Origin: the human T2T-CHM13v2.0 reference genome, Homo sapiens
Assembly: GCF_009914755.1 (NCBI RefSeq)
Contig: NC_060941.1
Length of the DNA stretch: 64,000 nucleotides
Strand: one strand, 5' to 3'
Below the pieces are notes generated by a model. The model had not been told where the DNA came from. It made no database searches and saw nothing but the letters and a program-made list of their open reading frames with translations. Positions 19,678 through 41,217 of the stretch are shown here, one piece after another (within the stretch, counting starts at the first letter, position 1; every line of letters starts with the position of its first letter). The translations under genes were made by a program, and so were the position numbers.

Positions 19678-21595
19678 TCCCCAGCTGAAGGTGGCACGCC
19701 TGGGTGTGCCCTTGTTCTGTGCCAGCCTCCCCCCACAGACCCGAGGGAGGTCTGGGATACGGAGGCAGCCGGGCTGCCCCAGGCTCAGCGTCCTTTGGTG
19801 ACTGCCTGGGGGCGGCCCAGCCTCTCTCCATTGTGTGGGATAATTTGATGACATTAGGCTGTCAGGGCCACCATAAATCAGCTGTACTGCCACAGGGGTG
19901 ACCTAGATCCTGGAGTCTGGTCTCTGGCTGGCCCCAACAGCAGGTCTGAGACTTAGCCCCTTCGGGATAGAAACTCCCAAGAGCAGAGTCACCTCCTCTA
20001 TTGATGGTCATTACTGTCTGCATCCCTCATGCCTCCTTGCTCCCACCTTGTGCCCACTGTGAGCTGAGCTGGAACTACGGTACTAAAGAGTTATCATAGA
20101 GGAGGGGGAGGCACAGCCCCTGCCCTTGTGGAGCCCCAAATGGATGAAAACCAATCCTTGCTCTCAGGATCCTCGAGGCTTTCTGCAGAGTCTGAGGCTC
20201 TGCCCTTGGGAGACTCCAGTTTGATGAGGAGGCAACTGGCATGGCCAAAAGATGGAGACGGGCACCGAGACCATGCCCGCCAGCACTAAAGGACAGCGTG
20301 CAGAGTTCACACAAAGGGCTGGAAGAAGAAAGTGGACCAAATAAACAAGGTGGTGCTGACACTAGCTGACCTCTGAGCAGGAATGCAAGTGGCTCGACTG
20401 TCCTGGTCCTTTTGCAGGGCCCAGCAGGGAGTGTGGAATTGACCTTGGTTGAGTGCCTACCCCATACAGAACTCTGGAGGGGATACAGAGATGTGTGACT
20501 TATCCCTGCTCCTGGCAGAAACTTGGATGTATATTCTGGTCACCAAGGCCAGAAGAGAATGGTAAAGAACACGCTGGTCTCCGGTGTGCCTACCTGAGCT
20601 CCATCCAGCTCCATGCTCATGAGCTGTGTGACTTTGATAAGTTACTTAAATACTCTGTGCCTCAGTTTCCTCCTTTGAAAAAGGTTGATATGAGTAGTTT
20701 GTCCATCTCCTAGTAAGAGACTTGTGAGAAGTGCTCAAAAAATGTTCGGCTGCCTCTGATCATTCAGCCCCCTAACTCCCCGTCAACTCTGCCCTCACCC
20801 AGACCTTAGCCATGAGCTTCTAACTGCCCTCCCTGCCTCTCCCATTCCCTCTGACTCTTCCTGCACAGCAGCCAGAATGACCTTTCTAATCCATGTCTGA
20901 CAACATCACTTCACCAGTTTCCCTCCACCCTCAAGATAAGGTCCACATTCCTGGCACTTAGGCCCATCCCCATCTTTCCATTCCTGCCCCATCTCCCACC
21001 ATCCCCCAGGCCCCCTAGAAAATCATACAATGCTCCCCAAATGCCCTTCTTCCCTCTAAGAATACTCGGCACTTGCAGTGACCTCTGATTGAAATGTCCC
21101 ACTCCATCTTTTCTACACAGAAAACTACCCATCTTCAGTGATCCCTCTGACTGCCTCCTCCTCTGTCTTCCTGTACTCTCGCCCCCTGGGTTTGTACTGT
21201 GCTCTGTTATAGTGTCTCACACTTATCTCCATGGCTCTATGAAGCACTTGATGAAGAATAAAAGTTCATGTACTGAAAAAATAGAAGAAACCTCTCTCTG
21301 CGGGCAGCCAGAGCTCCTCTAAGCCTGCCCCTGCTCATCTCGTACTTGCCCCAGTGCCCAGCGCCACGTCTGATCCAAGTAGGATCCCAACACATATGAG
21401 ATGGAGGAAAGATACCAGTCATTCCAGAAAGATGCTCATTGCTGAAAAGGAGCTAAAGGTAAGGAAATCTCTTTGCCAGGATGGTCAGCAAGGGCCTGAA
21501 AGAGGCAATGCCTGCATGTGTAGGCGGCATAGATGACTGGTATTTCTTGAGGGGCTTTTAAGTGATGCTCAACGACTGTTAAATAATACTGAAGT

Positions 21596-22245
<650 letters not shown>

Positions 22246-23418
22246 TCTTTTTCTATTTTTCAATCTTCTGATTAGTCAAGGATGAAATCTCATTTGGACA
22301 CTATGGCTTCTCTAACGACCCACACACTTGTCAATCACCCTGTTCAAAAAAAGAGAGCCAACTTTGGGCTCAGAACCTTTAGAAAGTAACAGCATCTAGT
22401 TAGAAGTTAAGTATTTCTGTATGTCATTTCCTTCTGCTTCTGGCAAGTGATTATGATTTTCCTTTTTTGTAGTAATGTAAGATTTCCTTTATAAATATAT
22501 TTATTGAAATGAAAGGTGAGTTAATTTACCAAAATGTGTTAAATAAATATTTAAATGGGTGTTACAGAATATGTTACATTAAAAATTAAACAGGTAGTTT
22601 AAGTTTTGAAAATTAAAAGAGAATATAATTCTCTTTTATTCAATATTCAGAGAATACTGAAGGCATTTTATGAATAGTTAATACATGGAAGACTCTTAGA
22701 TCAAGGCTAGTGGGTATAATTGATTCCCTTTCTACTTTCTCAAATGGTTTTAAACCATTCAAGGTTTTTGCCAAGCTCTGCTGGGAAGCCCAGAATCTGC
22801 CGCAATGTGTTCCAAGGCCTGGAAAGTTACCCTCTTCCCCATGCCCATGCTGATGCCGCCACTCTGGTTGGGATGTAAGCCCCAGGTCCTGGGTCCCTGA
22901 GCTGGGTAGGGAAGTCAGTGGTGCTGTGGATGGGCCACCCTGGAGAGAGCCAGCAGAGTGGCACTTTCAGAACCCTGCTCTGTCATCTGCAAATGCATCT
23001 GTTTGGGGGATCCTAAGAACAGCTGAGACCCACCTGACTGAGCAGAAGCTCCCAGCTGGGGCTCCCCTGGCCAGCTAAGCCTCTTGACAGATGGCCCTGG
23101 TTTCCAGCCCTGGTGCCAAACCCCAACCCCTGTCCTCACCCACCTTCTCCACTTCCCACCCTCCAGCCCTGTCTTAAGCCTCACTCAGCCCGAAGCAGCA
23201 GGCTTCGTCCCTCAGAATTCCTCCCAGCTGCCAGGGAAAGAAAGCTGTGCATGAGGACCACTGTGGGGTGGACAGCACAGTAGCTCCCCAGCCAGGCAAG
23301 GCTGGGCCACGTGCCAGTTTCACCCTCCCTTTCCCTGTGGTCCTCAAAGTTGGCCTCAGTTTCCTCATGAGAAGCCCCTTCATGCACTGTTGCCAAGGGC
23401 CATAAAGACAGAGGGCTT

Positions 23419-23714
<296 letters not shown>

Positions 23715-25296
23715 CTAGATGAATGCCCAACTGCTGCCCACATGTAGCCCCTGCCACATTGGCCCTCCTCCCCCTACATCTGGCCTTGTTCCAATACAAA
23801 GAGGATCTTGCTGTGCTTGCAGCTCCTGCGGTCCAGATAGGAGGTCTTGTTCCAGCTGCAGCAGGGCAGCATCTCTTCCCTTCTCCCAAGCTCTCTGCCT
23901 GGCATGGGAACCAGACTGGGCAAGATGGGGCCAGGGATGAGGAAGGCCAACAGCCATGGCCTGAGTGAGTGATTTCTTCTAGGTCATGTGGCATGGCTCA
24001 CTCTTCCAGCCTCTCAGGGCTCAGGGTCTGCCCTCTGAGCCCCACCTTCAACACCTCCCATGGGAATCCTCCAAAGAATGAACCAGGAATGGAAACCATG
24101 GAGCCCACGGCACCCCGGCACCTGAGACCCAGCGAGAATCAACACTGCCTCTCTACAGCCAGTGTGCAAGGCTGCAAGGCTGCAAGCTAGACCCAGTGCC
24201 AGCAACCCAAATGCAGGCCCTCCCCTTGGGGAGTGGATGGAGTAGGAGAGAAGGGGCTGCAAGGACCCAGAGAGGCAGACAGAGGGACAGAGAGAGAACC
24301 AAAGATCCCACTTGCAAGGTGTCCCCAGAGGCAAAGGTATCGTCCACTGGGGACATAGGGACCTGGAGACAGCTCAAGGACAGCTTTGCTCTGGTTGTGG
24401 GAGCCCTCTTGCTTGCCTGCAAGCAGCCTCCCACACCCCCAACTTACTACCCATTGCTGTCTGTCATTGATCCCCAGGTGGGGCCAGGGAGGGACCTGAG
24501 TCAGCATGTAGCTGGCTGCTGGGAGAGGGAGCACCCGCTGAGTCACGGCTCCTCCCCTGGAGCCTCCATGAGCCATCTAGGCAGGTGTGCACTGCCCACT
24601 GGCGCAGGGCTGTGGGTACCTGCACCTGTCTGTCAACACTGATTCTTTCTCATACAACAGGCACTTGCCATCACCCTTCCCAATTCAGACCCTATCAGAC
24701 CACAGTGAGGGGATGGAGTGGGCCCACATACGTGCCTCCACCTGAGTCTAGGCACCCCAGGCTTGTGTCTGCTGGGACACACCTAGCAGAGAGGATGAGA
24801 GCACCGGCTTCGAAGCCAGGCAGGTCATGGTGTAAAGCCAGATTCTTCCACTTATTTGGGGAAAGTTGCTTCCCCTCTGTGAACCTGTTTCCTCATTCCA
24901 AATTCGGATTCATCCTTTATTGAGCACCTACTATGTGCCAGGCATTGGGCTGAGTGCTGGGGGTAAAGTAATGAGCAAGCCCTTATCTTGATGGACAGTT
25001 ATGGGATAAAATAGACCTGCAGAAATGAACATGTAATTCACAACTGAGGTGAGCACGGTTGGTGGGGAATGGAGAGCACATAATAAAGGTGTGGCATGGT
25101 CTGGGGTACCAGTGACCTTCTCCCTGAGAAAGAGACACTTGAGTGAAGGGGGAGGAGAAGTGAGCCAGGAGAAGGACAAAGGGGAGGGGCATACAGCATG
25201 TGCAAATGTCCTGAGGTGGGAACAAGCAAAGTGACTGCCAGGGCAGGAGTCCTGTGTGGCTAAAGGGCAGTGGGTTAAGTCAAGCAAAAGATTTCA

Positions 25297-25783
<487 letters not shown>

Positions 25784-28700
25784 TCAGCTCCCTTGCTTAT
25801 TATTAGCCCATCCTTCTGGCCTATTGAGCCCCCATTAGGATCAAAGACCTGTGCCTGTGGGGCCTGGGGAGGACATTGAATGTTTGGAGGATCATAGTTC
25901 CTTCCGTCAAGGAACCTCCAGTGTTGCAGGCAAGACCCTCGTTGCTTTGCCTGCACTGTCGAATTTAATCTTCACCAACTGTTTTAGGAGGTATGCATTA
26001 ATTTTTAAATCATTTTACAGGTAAGGAAATTGAGGCTCAGAGAGGGTATCTTGGCCACAGTCACAGAGCTAAACAAGGCAGAATGGAGCCAGGGCTTGCC
26101 CTCCAGTGATCAGGAGCTACAGTGGACACAGGCTCAGAGCTCCTGCTCTCTGTCCCAAACCCCACACATGCACTGGGTCCCTCTCTACCTTCTTCCTCAT
26201 GTTGTCTCTTTTCTTATTCAGTCTGTCTCAATTCACCCCATCTCCCCTACACCTACAACAGTTAAGTTTCGATAAGTATGTGTGAATGAATGAATGAATG
26301 AATGAATGAATGCCCCTCCCTGCCTAGTACTGGCCCAGGGCCCTCACTATCCTCTCTATCCCTGACTCTGTCTCTCTGACTCTCTCCCTCTCCCTTTCTC
26401 TCTCTCTCTCAACTCTATATCCATTTGTTTCTCTCTATTTCTGTGTGTCTATTTTTGCCCTCTCTCTCAAGCCAAGTCACCCCTAAAGTTCATCAGAGCA
26501 CCTTAAAGGAAAAAGACTTCCTTTCCCAAGCCTGGCCTTACAGTGGCACAGAGGGAAGCCCTGTCAGGAAAGCCTGTGCTCAGCAAACGGCAATGGAGGA
26601 GGAGCTGGTGACTGCCCTGCACTTGCCTGAGGCCGGTCCATCGCCCTGGAAGTCCCTGGCATCCCCTGGTCCCCTTTGTGGCAGCCTCCAAGCTCAGTGA
26701 GGTGGGCCAGGGAAATTCCTGGGGTCCCACAAGGACATCGGGACCCCCCAGCCCCTGGGGATCAGGCCTCCTTGGGGCTGCCTCCTCTGACATCTTCCTG
26801 TAGGAATAGTCGCCTACATTACCCAAGCCAGGTTGTCTGTGGCTTTGGGGAAGTGCCATTTGCCTGATTAGGAAGGTACATATGCCAGTTGCTGCCTATA
26901 GAGTTCCCTGGACACATTAGAGATCTTTTCACCATTAAAAAAAAAAAAAAAAAAAAAGCTCCCAAAAATAAAGGGGATTGAGAATTTCAAGGTCGGTTCC
27001 ACCCCATAAAACAAAAACCATGGAGTAAGCTACGAAAAATGCACACTGATCCCATAAGTCTCTCAGTTTTATCTCATCCCTGAGAAAGAACGGAACAGGA
27101 ATGAAGCCACCCAGGACGTGGCAAAGCCTGAGCATGGACAGGACTTTGCCACTTTCAGCCTTAGGACCTGGAGCAAGCCAGTCTCCCTACGGTGAGGTTG
27201 GAGGAGTCTTCCCGGTGGCTCACCTAGGACTGCCGGGTTCTGAGTGCTGGGAGGGTGGAGAGAGGGTTTAGAGGGAGGCGGAGCCAGAGAGGGCACCTGA
27301 TCAGCCCCAGGACTCAGAGATGCAATCCCAGCTGCCTCCACTAGACTGTGCTATCGAGTCACTTTGCTCGTCTATTGTTTAGCTGAGCGGAGGCCAAGGG
27401 AAGGCGGTCACCATTGTCGACGCTGCTGGGCTCACTCATATTTTGAGTTGGATGCTTGTGGCTGCCAGGCTCTGTGAACAAGAGCCCTGTTCATCAGCAG
27501 GATCCAAACACTGGCCCTACCCTCCCCAGTGAGGTATGGTGGGGAAATCCCGGGAGGAGGGGAGTCCATGTGAGACCCCGGTGGCCACTGCCCTGCTGCC
27601 CTCTTCCTCTGGAGCCTGACAGCACAGGGTGGGACTACCTCCCAGCCTCCCTGCTTGACTTCCTCCTCTCCTGGTTCTGAGCCTGCTTTCAGCCAGGTGG
27701 TGCCAGCCGCCATTCTTACCCGCAAGCAAGCCCAGGTCTCCTGTGTATTCCCTTCAAACAGTAACGGCAACCACTCAGAGAGGAGGCTCGCCCCACCTCA
27801 CCCCAGTCTAAGAGACCTCACGTTTCTATATTCCTCTAAAGCAAATCTCCTTTGGGCACAGACTTTAATCTGGTTCCACCTCCAAGGTAGAGAGATGTCT
27901 GGAGATTCTTAGGAAGTTGAGGGCGTTCTGGGCTTCAGTCCCCACTGGTGACTCTTGCCATATTTTGCTCTTTGTCCAGGCCCATGTGACCTCTCAAATG
28001 TGGGCCATTCCCGAGATTCTTTGCCACACTTGGGCAGGAGGTTCATTGCCCAACTAGGAACCTTAGGAACCAGAGTCCAACACCCCTGGGAGTATCACAA
28101 AGCCCCTCCCCACACTAGGGTCCTGTACCCCCTAGGGCCCTCAAACCCACCTCTTCTCATTCTCTGAGGAAGCACCCTCAAACCTTCCTCTTTCCTGAGT
28201 TGTCCCCTGTACCCCTGAAACTCTAGTACTTCACCTCCAGGATGGCCCATCCTCACCCAGGGATCACCTAAGGTCAACCCTTTTTGATGACAAAACTTAG
28301 GTTAAAAGATATCCCAGAGTTTCAGAAGTACAAAGCAGTCCTCTTTCTCCTGGGGTGGAGGTAGGAACAAGAGAAACCAACATCTCTTCATTCCTTTTCC
28401 TAATAACTCACCCCATTACCATTTATAGGGTGCTGACTATGTGCCAAACACAATGCCAAATTCATTGCCTGCATGAGGTCATTCACTCCTGTATCAGCCC
28501 TTATGCAGTAAAGATATTTATTCCCTACCTTGTGAAAGAGGAATGTGGGGTTCAGTACCTTGCCCAAACTCTTCAAGGCTATTCAGCATAGGAGCCAGGA
28601 CTCCAACCCAAGTAGTCTGATTCAAAAGCTCAGGCTTTCAGATCCCTTGCCCAAATTTAGTCGTTTTTCAGTCTCTCCCCTACCCTTGACTCCCCCTACA

Positions 28701-29891
28701 AGTTTTCTTCAGGCAGCCAAATGAATGAGCTGTTGAAACTGACACAGGACTAGTCAACTCTTTCCTAGCTTGGGGCAATGAGCCCCACCCACCTCTGGAA
28801 TCTTCACCACTTACTAGGGTGAGGCTCCTTGCCTTCCCACTCCTTTTCTAGCCCCCCAAAGAGAAGGAAAGGCATTCCCCACCCAGGGGAGTCTCCTACA
28901 GTCCTGGCTCTTAAGGTATAGTCACTCATTGGATTCTTGTATCAACCTCAAGAGGCAGGGCTCAGCATCCTTACTATACAAGTAAAGACACTGAGACTCA
29001 GACTTTCCAAGCTCACATCTGTTACAGAACAGAGCCAGGGTTAGAAACCAGTCTATTCTCAAACCCTCTAAAAATGCTCTCATCGTGAATGGATAATCAC
29101 CATGCCCTAGAGATAGTTTACCCAGTATCGCCAGCACAGCCATGCCTTGAGCCAGCACTATGCCAGGCCCTGTGCTGGAGGCCTTAAATGCATTCTTCCA
29201 GTGAATTCTCCCAACAAGCCCATGAGGTAGATACTATCATTATGCCCCTTTTACAGAAATGGCAGCTGAGGCTGGGAGCTGGTCATCAACTTGCCCTAGG
29301 TTAACCAAGTGTAAGAAGGATTAGATCCAGCACCAGAGGCAAGAGCAGGTGGGGTGGAGGGAGACAAGACTGTCAGGAGAGCTTGAGTTCCTACTTCGGT
29401 TCATGGACCTCCGGTAAGGAGCTCTAGGAGACCCATGAACCCCATGACATTGTATGCAAATGTATGTATGCTTATTTGAAGGTAGGGGGCAGAAGGAAAG
29501 ATCTATAGCTTTCAATATTCTCCAAGGAATCCCTGATCACAAAAACATCAGGAATCCTTAACCTAACATAGTGCCTGACATAGAGGCACTCAATATCTGG
29601 TGAATGAATGGACACACATGAAAATGAGTGAGTAAATGAATGAATATCCCTCCGTACCCTAGGAGACACCACATATGACCTGGTACACACATCTATCTGT
29701 GTCTTCTGAGATGGCGAAAGATATCCTGGGACCTGAGCCCAACCCACCCCCAGGACTTTTCTCCCAGTCCCAGGGGCCATAGCCAGGTGCTATGACAAGC
29801 TCCAAAGAGATGCTTCTCCCACTTTCTCCCCACCCCCACTCCTAACAATGACCAGAGAGAGGCGAGAATTATGCAACTCAGATAATGAAGC

Positions 29892-29897
29892 TGTATT
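29892..29897 (-). terminator. KRT14: KRT14 variant polyadenylation signal AATACA
   Basis: tgtatt on + strand about 130 nt after the stop; no AATAAA seen nearby on the minus strand. Confidence 0.7.
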
Positions 29898-30024
29898 GAT
29901 TGCCAGGAGGGGGTGAGGGTGAAGCAGGGTCCAGCTGTGAAGTGCTTGGGCAGGAGAGGGGATCTTCCAGTGGGATCTGTGTCCACACGGGGGGCCTCCT
30001 AGGCCTGAGCGGGGCTGGGCAGCC

Positions 30025-34574
<4,550 letters not shown>

Positions 34575-34708
34575 CTAGCGCCAACTCCCAGCCAGGTCCC
34601 TCCTCTCATCCGCCTCATCATGTCTGTCATATTTTACTGGAAACTCATTGTTTGGAGTGTTTTGGGCTTTCTTGTCCCGCCAGGCGTGATTCACAGGGGG
34701 AGGTGTGG

Positions 34709-34718
34709 GCCTGCAGGC
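34709..34718. promoter_or_regulatory. AP-2 palindrome GCCTGCAGGC in the KRT14 promoter
   Basis: Perfect 10-bp palindrome about 230 nt upstream of the inferred TSS; agrees with the AP-2 (KER1) site I recall for the human K14 promoter. Confidence 0.8.
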
Positions 34719-35779
34719 TACACTTTCCCATCGGACCCTGGGAGTCCCAGCCCTCAGGAACCCACGCACTGGGCTTAGCCAGGGTGACAGAGAGCAGGGC
34801 CTCTGCACCTTAAACCTAGTTACCTGCTAGCTCTCCATGAACTGAATGGGCCTTTAACATCCACGTAGAGGAAGCCTGCTGCTGCAGGGGATGGATACCC
34901 GGCTGGAAAGCACCGGCATGGCAAGGTCACCTTGGGCACAGACAGGCCTCCCTCACCATGACCCTCTATTAGAGACAAGGAGGTCTGGGGGGCCCTCCCA
35001 GGCCTGACCTGCCGTGCTGTGCTGAGAAGTCTGTCCCATCCCTGAAATACACCCAGCTAGTCAGGTGTATCGTGATTCCCACCCCAACATCCCCATCAAA
35101 GAGAAATCCAGGCAGCTCTCCCCAGCCCTGAGCACAGACCCTAATCTCCTCCCTATGGTGAGGATCTCACATCCACCACACCATAGGGCAGGTGGCCTCA
35201 TGGAGGCCAGGAAACAGCCTGGAGTCAGGTGGGTCCTGGCTCTGCCATTTACGCCTCTGTGACCCAGGGCTTGGCACTTCTCTGAGCCTCAGTGTTCTCA
35301 TCTGCAAAGTGGGAGTCATACCATCTATTCTGCTTAGTGCAGTCAGCTCTGAGAATCCAATGCGACAATGTATGTGAAAGGGTTTTGTAAACCGAGTATG
35401 GCAAGAAGCCTCGTTGGCATTGTTATAGCCCAGGCTTAGCCCCAAAGTGGCTGGAGCTGCATCCAGGAACAGGCCTAGGGGGGCCTTTTATTCTTCCAGC
35501 CCCAGATATCTTCTCAGACCCCCAGAACATCCCTAGTGTGGGCAGCTCAGGTGCCCTCGTTTGAGCCCCTTGTGGAACTGGCCCAGGAGATGTTCTGGGG
35601 AGGAGTAGAGGCTGGAGTGGAGCTGGGCTGTGCCAAGGGCAAGGCTGAGGTGGACACGAGGGTCCCTGACTCCTGAAGCCCCAAGGGTCAGGGGACATTT
35701 CTAGGAGTCCACTTGGTCCTGCTTTGGAGGTGTGTATATCAAAACTTCAGCAATCTCCCAGACAACCTCCCAAAGCAAA

Positions 35780-35900
35780 CCCTTCCGGCCCCCACCCCAC
35801 CCTCCCATCAGCCCCTCGGCTCCACAGACCCCGGCAGGCATGTTGAGAGGAATGTGATCGTGTCTGGGGCTGCCTGACGCATCCTATCTCCTCAGACAGG
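35780..35900. promoter_or_regulatory. KRT14 upstream keratinocyte enhancer region (about -1.4 kb)
   Basis: p63-type half-site AGGCATGTTG at 35836-35845, AP-1-like TGACGCA near 35875; the position fits the described K14 hypersensitive-site enhancer (recall). Boundaries approximate. Confidence 0.55.
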
Positions 35901-36936
35901 CCCCAACAGCCCCTGCTGGAGGCTCCAATGCTCTTCCTGGGATCAACTGCTCCTAGAAGAGAAGCAGGACCCTCTGTCACCCCCAACCCCACCTTGACTG
36001 TCACCAAAGAAGAAGCCAGAGAAGGGAGCCCCCCACTACTGTGGCCTAGGAGCTTGGAAGACAATGCTGAGACAGACATCTGAGCTGTGGGCTCCCCAAA
36101 TCTGCCAGCAAAGGACTCTCAAGGATGTGAGTAAGCCAGGGCCCCACCCCGCTCCACCCGCCCCTGACAGACACTCCTAATCTCCCTGCAGAGAATGGTC
36201 CCCCCACCCTGGCCCAGCCCTACAATTTCCCCAGAGAGAGGCAACAGGGGTTTTGGCTGAGGGACAGATGCTTTTGTTGGGAGGCATGTTGCTGTTGGCT
36301 GTGGGGCAAGGGGAGGCTGTGCTCACTGGAGAAAAATGCTGTGTCCAGAGGGATCTGGGAGCGGGAATGGGGTGCAGAGCCCAGTATCGGCTTCCTCTGT
36401 GCCCCACCACCCCCACCCACCACCACCACCACCATGTCTCCTTCTTATGCAGGGATCAGGAATAGAAGCTCCGGAGCCCGGGACATAGGAACACCTCTAC
36501 TTTCCCTTTCATTTGATTCAATAAAACCCAAAAGAAACTCCTTCCTCCCCCTCCTCCGAGGGGAATCCAAAAGATAAAGATGGCAGGGAACCAATGACAG
36601 ATCAGTCAATCACATAATCTTAAAAGGCACTTCTGCAGTCCCACCCCAACCCCACGCACCAACACCAGAACCCTAGCATGGAATATAAGCTTGATCCCCC
36701 ACACCCGGTCTTAGAACCGTGACCCAACCTGGAGCCTGAGGCCAACCCCTGAAGACAAGGACTCAGTGACCAAGGAGCTGCAAACAACCCAGCCAAGCAG
36801 GGAGCAGACTTAGAGGACACCACACTCCCCTCCCCTCCCTGATGCCAAAGAAGCATGGTACTCAGACATTTTAAGGGAGGGCATTTTCTGGGGCATCAGG
36901 GGTTAAAGGGTTGTCAGTCCTGACTGCTGAGGCCCA

Positions 36937-37153
36937 GAGTACCCCCCACCTCTGGACTTCTAGGCAGACTTTGTGTGAGCACCATTACCTGACCCTCCCT
37001 CCAGCCTGCCCCAAAAGGAGGGGGGTAAAGGAGGAGCCCCGGGCAGGACCTCTTGTGGTTAGTGAGTCTCCCTGCACCACCCTGCATGGGGGAGCCCTCT
37101 GCCAATCCAAACAGGTGAAGCTGGCAGGGCCAGGCAGCACCTCCAGAGCCCAC
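36937..37153 (+). repeat. Copy 1 of a ~215-bp direct duplication
   Basis: Aligns by eye to 40810-41026 with about 16 substitutions and 1 indel. Confidence 0.92.
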
Positions 37154-37319
37154 ACTGTGTGCTGAGGACTGTGCTGGGGACCAGGAGATGGCATCCTAAG
37201 GAAGGAGGAAACCTCAGGACAGCCCCCGCCCTTGGAGTGCATGGCCTACTGGAAGAGACGATCCCTGCCTTTAGGAAGGTCCCAGCATGAAAGAGAAGCA
37301 GGAATGCACATCAACATTA

Positions 37320-38088
<769 letters not shown>

Positions 38089-38283
38089 GCATAACAGACT
38101 GGGTGCTTGTCACCTTGCAAAGCAATAGTAAAAACTGGGTGGAGAGATAGATGGTTGAGATGAGATGTGGGGGCGGCCCAATCTGGAAGGCTTCTGGGAA
38201 CAGCCTTTAGCGTGACACGTCAAGTCACCAGGGACTGGATGGCAGGGAGCCACGGAACTCTCAGGTCTTGGGTCCGTACTTGA

Positions 38284-39373
<1,090 letters not shown>

Positions 39374-39685
39374 AACACAATACTATTAATGAGCTGCAGG
39401 CTTTATTGGAACTTCCACCAGTTTTTCCACACATGTTCCATTTCTGCTGCGGGGTCCAATTTCAGTCTCCACATTGCATTTAGCTATCACGTCTCCTTAG
39501 TCTCCTCCTATCCATGACAGCTCCTCAGTCTTTTCTTCCTTTCATGACCTTGACACTTTTGAAGAGTACTGGGGTGATCAATTATTTTGCAGAATATCCC
39601 TCAGTTTGGGTTTTTCTGATGTTTTCTCATGATCACATTGAGGTTATGCACTTTGGCAAGAAAACCACAGAAATGAGGTTGCATC

Positions 39686-39788
39686 CCGTCAGGCATGTTG
39701 GACAGATATGTCATGTGTCTTACCGCTGGCACCATCAGGCATGTTGGACAGATATGTTGTGTGTCTTACTTACCGCTGGCGCCGTCAG
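39686..39788 (+). repeat. Tandem duplication, 46-bp unit x2
   Basis: tcaggcatgttggacagatatgt...gtgtctta...ccgctggc repeated at a 46-nt offset. Confidence 0.9.
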
Positions 39789-40134
39789 CCTTGTTCACTT
39801 GGCTAAGGTGGTGCTGCTGGATTTCTCTACTGTCATGTTTCTGTTTCTCCCATTGAAATTAATAAATACCTTGAAGAAGGTACTTAGAGACTATGCAAAA
39901 ATCACGTTTCTCCTTAAAATCTGACCCACTAAATTTTGCCTCCATCAGTGGAGGGAACGAGCTCACGTCAACCTGAGTTTAAGAGCCTCATTTGAAGGAA
40001 CTCCTTGAGGGACTGTGGCCTGCAGGAGAGACTTTGGGAGATCCAAGCCCAGAGAAAGAACTCTTTCCTGCTCTGTTGTCCCCCCCCAAAACCAAACTGG
40101 GCCACCTCAAACCCGAGATCTCTGTGCCCCAAGA

Positions 40135-40497
40135 CAGCAGTCCGCAACCTTTTTGGCACCAGGGACCGGTTTCATGGAAGACCATTTCTCCTTGGATCTA
40201 GGGGGTCGGGGGTGGGGACGGTTTCAGGATGAAACTGTTCCTCCTCAGATCACCAGGCATTAGTTAGATTCTCATGAGGAGTGCACAACCTAGATCCCTC
40301 GCGTGCACAGTTCACGGTAGGGTTTATGCTCTTATGAGAATCTAATGCCACTGCTGATCTGACAGGAGGCGGAGTTCAGGCAACAGGAGGTGGAGCTCAG
40401 GCTGCAATGCTCACTCACCAGCAGCTCACCTCCTGCTGTGCGGGTCCTAACAGGCCACAGCTGGTAGAGTCTGTGGCCCAGGAGTTGGGGACCCCTT
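40135..40497 (+). mobile_element. MER1B-type hAT-Charlie DNA transposon
   Basis: cagcagtccgcaacctttttggcaccagggaccggtttcatggaagac ... gttggggacccct; degenerate 8-bp TSD ccccaaga/ccctgaga. Confidence 0.8.
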
Positions 40498-40809
40498 CCC
40501 TGAGACACTCCCATGCCGGCTTCCCTTCACAACGTATTATTGTGGAGAAATAGCACATATTTCTCTCACGATTGTCAAGAGCCTTGCTAGGCCCCCGCCA
40601 GCCCTGGGGAAAGAAGTGGGGAATCTGGTTCCTCTCATGTCACAGATGGGAAGTCTTGAGTCTAGAAAGGCCCAGAGTCAAGTAACAAATTGGAGCCCCC
40701 ATTGTGATTCCCAGGCCCCCAGAACCTGCCAGGGGCTGAGCTTCTCCTTTCCTCCTGGCAGAGTCCTGCACCCCTCCCTCTCCTCTCGGCCCCTCTGCAC
40801 CCTCCCCTG

Positions 40810-41026
40810 GAGTACCCCCACCTCTGGACTTCTAGGCAGCCTTTGTGTGAGCAGCATTACCTGACCCTCCCTCCAGACTGCCCCAGAAGTAGTGGGGTAA
40901 AGGAGGAGCCCAGGGCAGGGCCTCTTGTGGTTAGTGAGTCTCCCTCTACCACCCTGAATGGGGGAGCCCCGTGCCAATCCAAACAGGTGAAGCGGGCAGG
41001 GCCAGGCAGCCCCCCCAGAGCCCCAC
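40810..41026 (+). repeat. Copy 2 of the ~215-bp direct duplication
   Basis: See copy 1; the ORF track also shows paired translations (EEPRAGPLVVSESP in both). Confidence 0.92.
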
Positions 41027-41217
41027 CCCCTTCACCTTGCCCATCCCTCTCCCCGCCAAGCCTCAGAAAACTGTGTGGAGAGTGGGTAAAGCTCCTAGAG
41101 CTCAGGGCTATCACTTGCAGAGACAGTGGGCTGGGGAGGGAGAAGCCTCAGCTGCCAGAAGGGCAGGGCTTACTTGGAGGCCATAAGTCGGCTAGCAGGC
41201 AGGATTGCAGCACAAGG

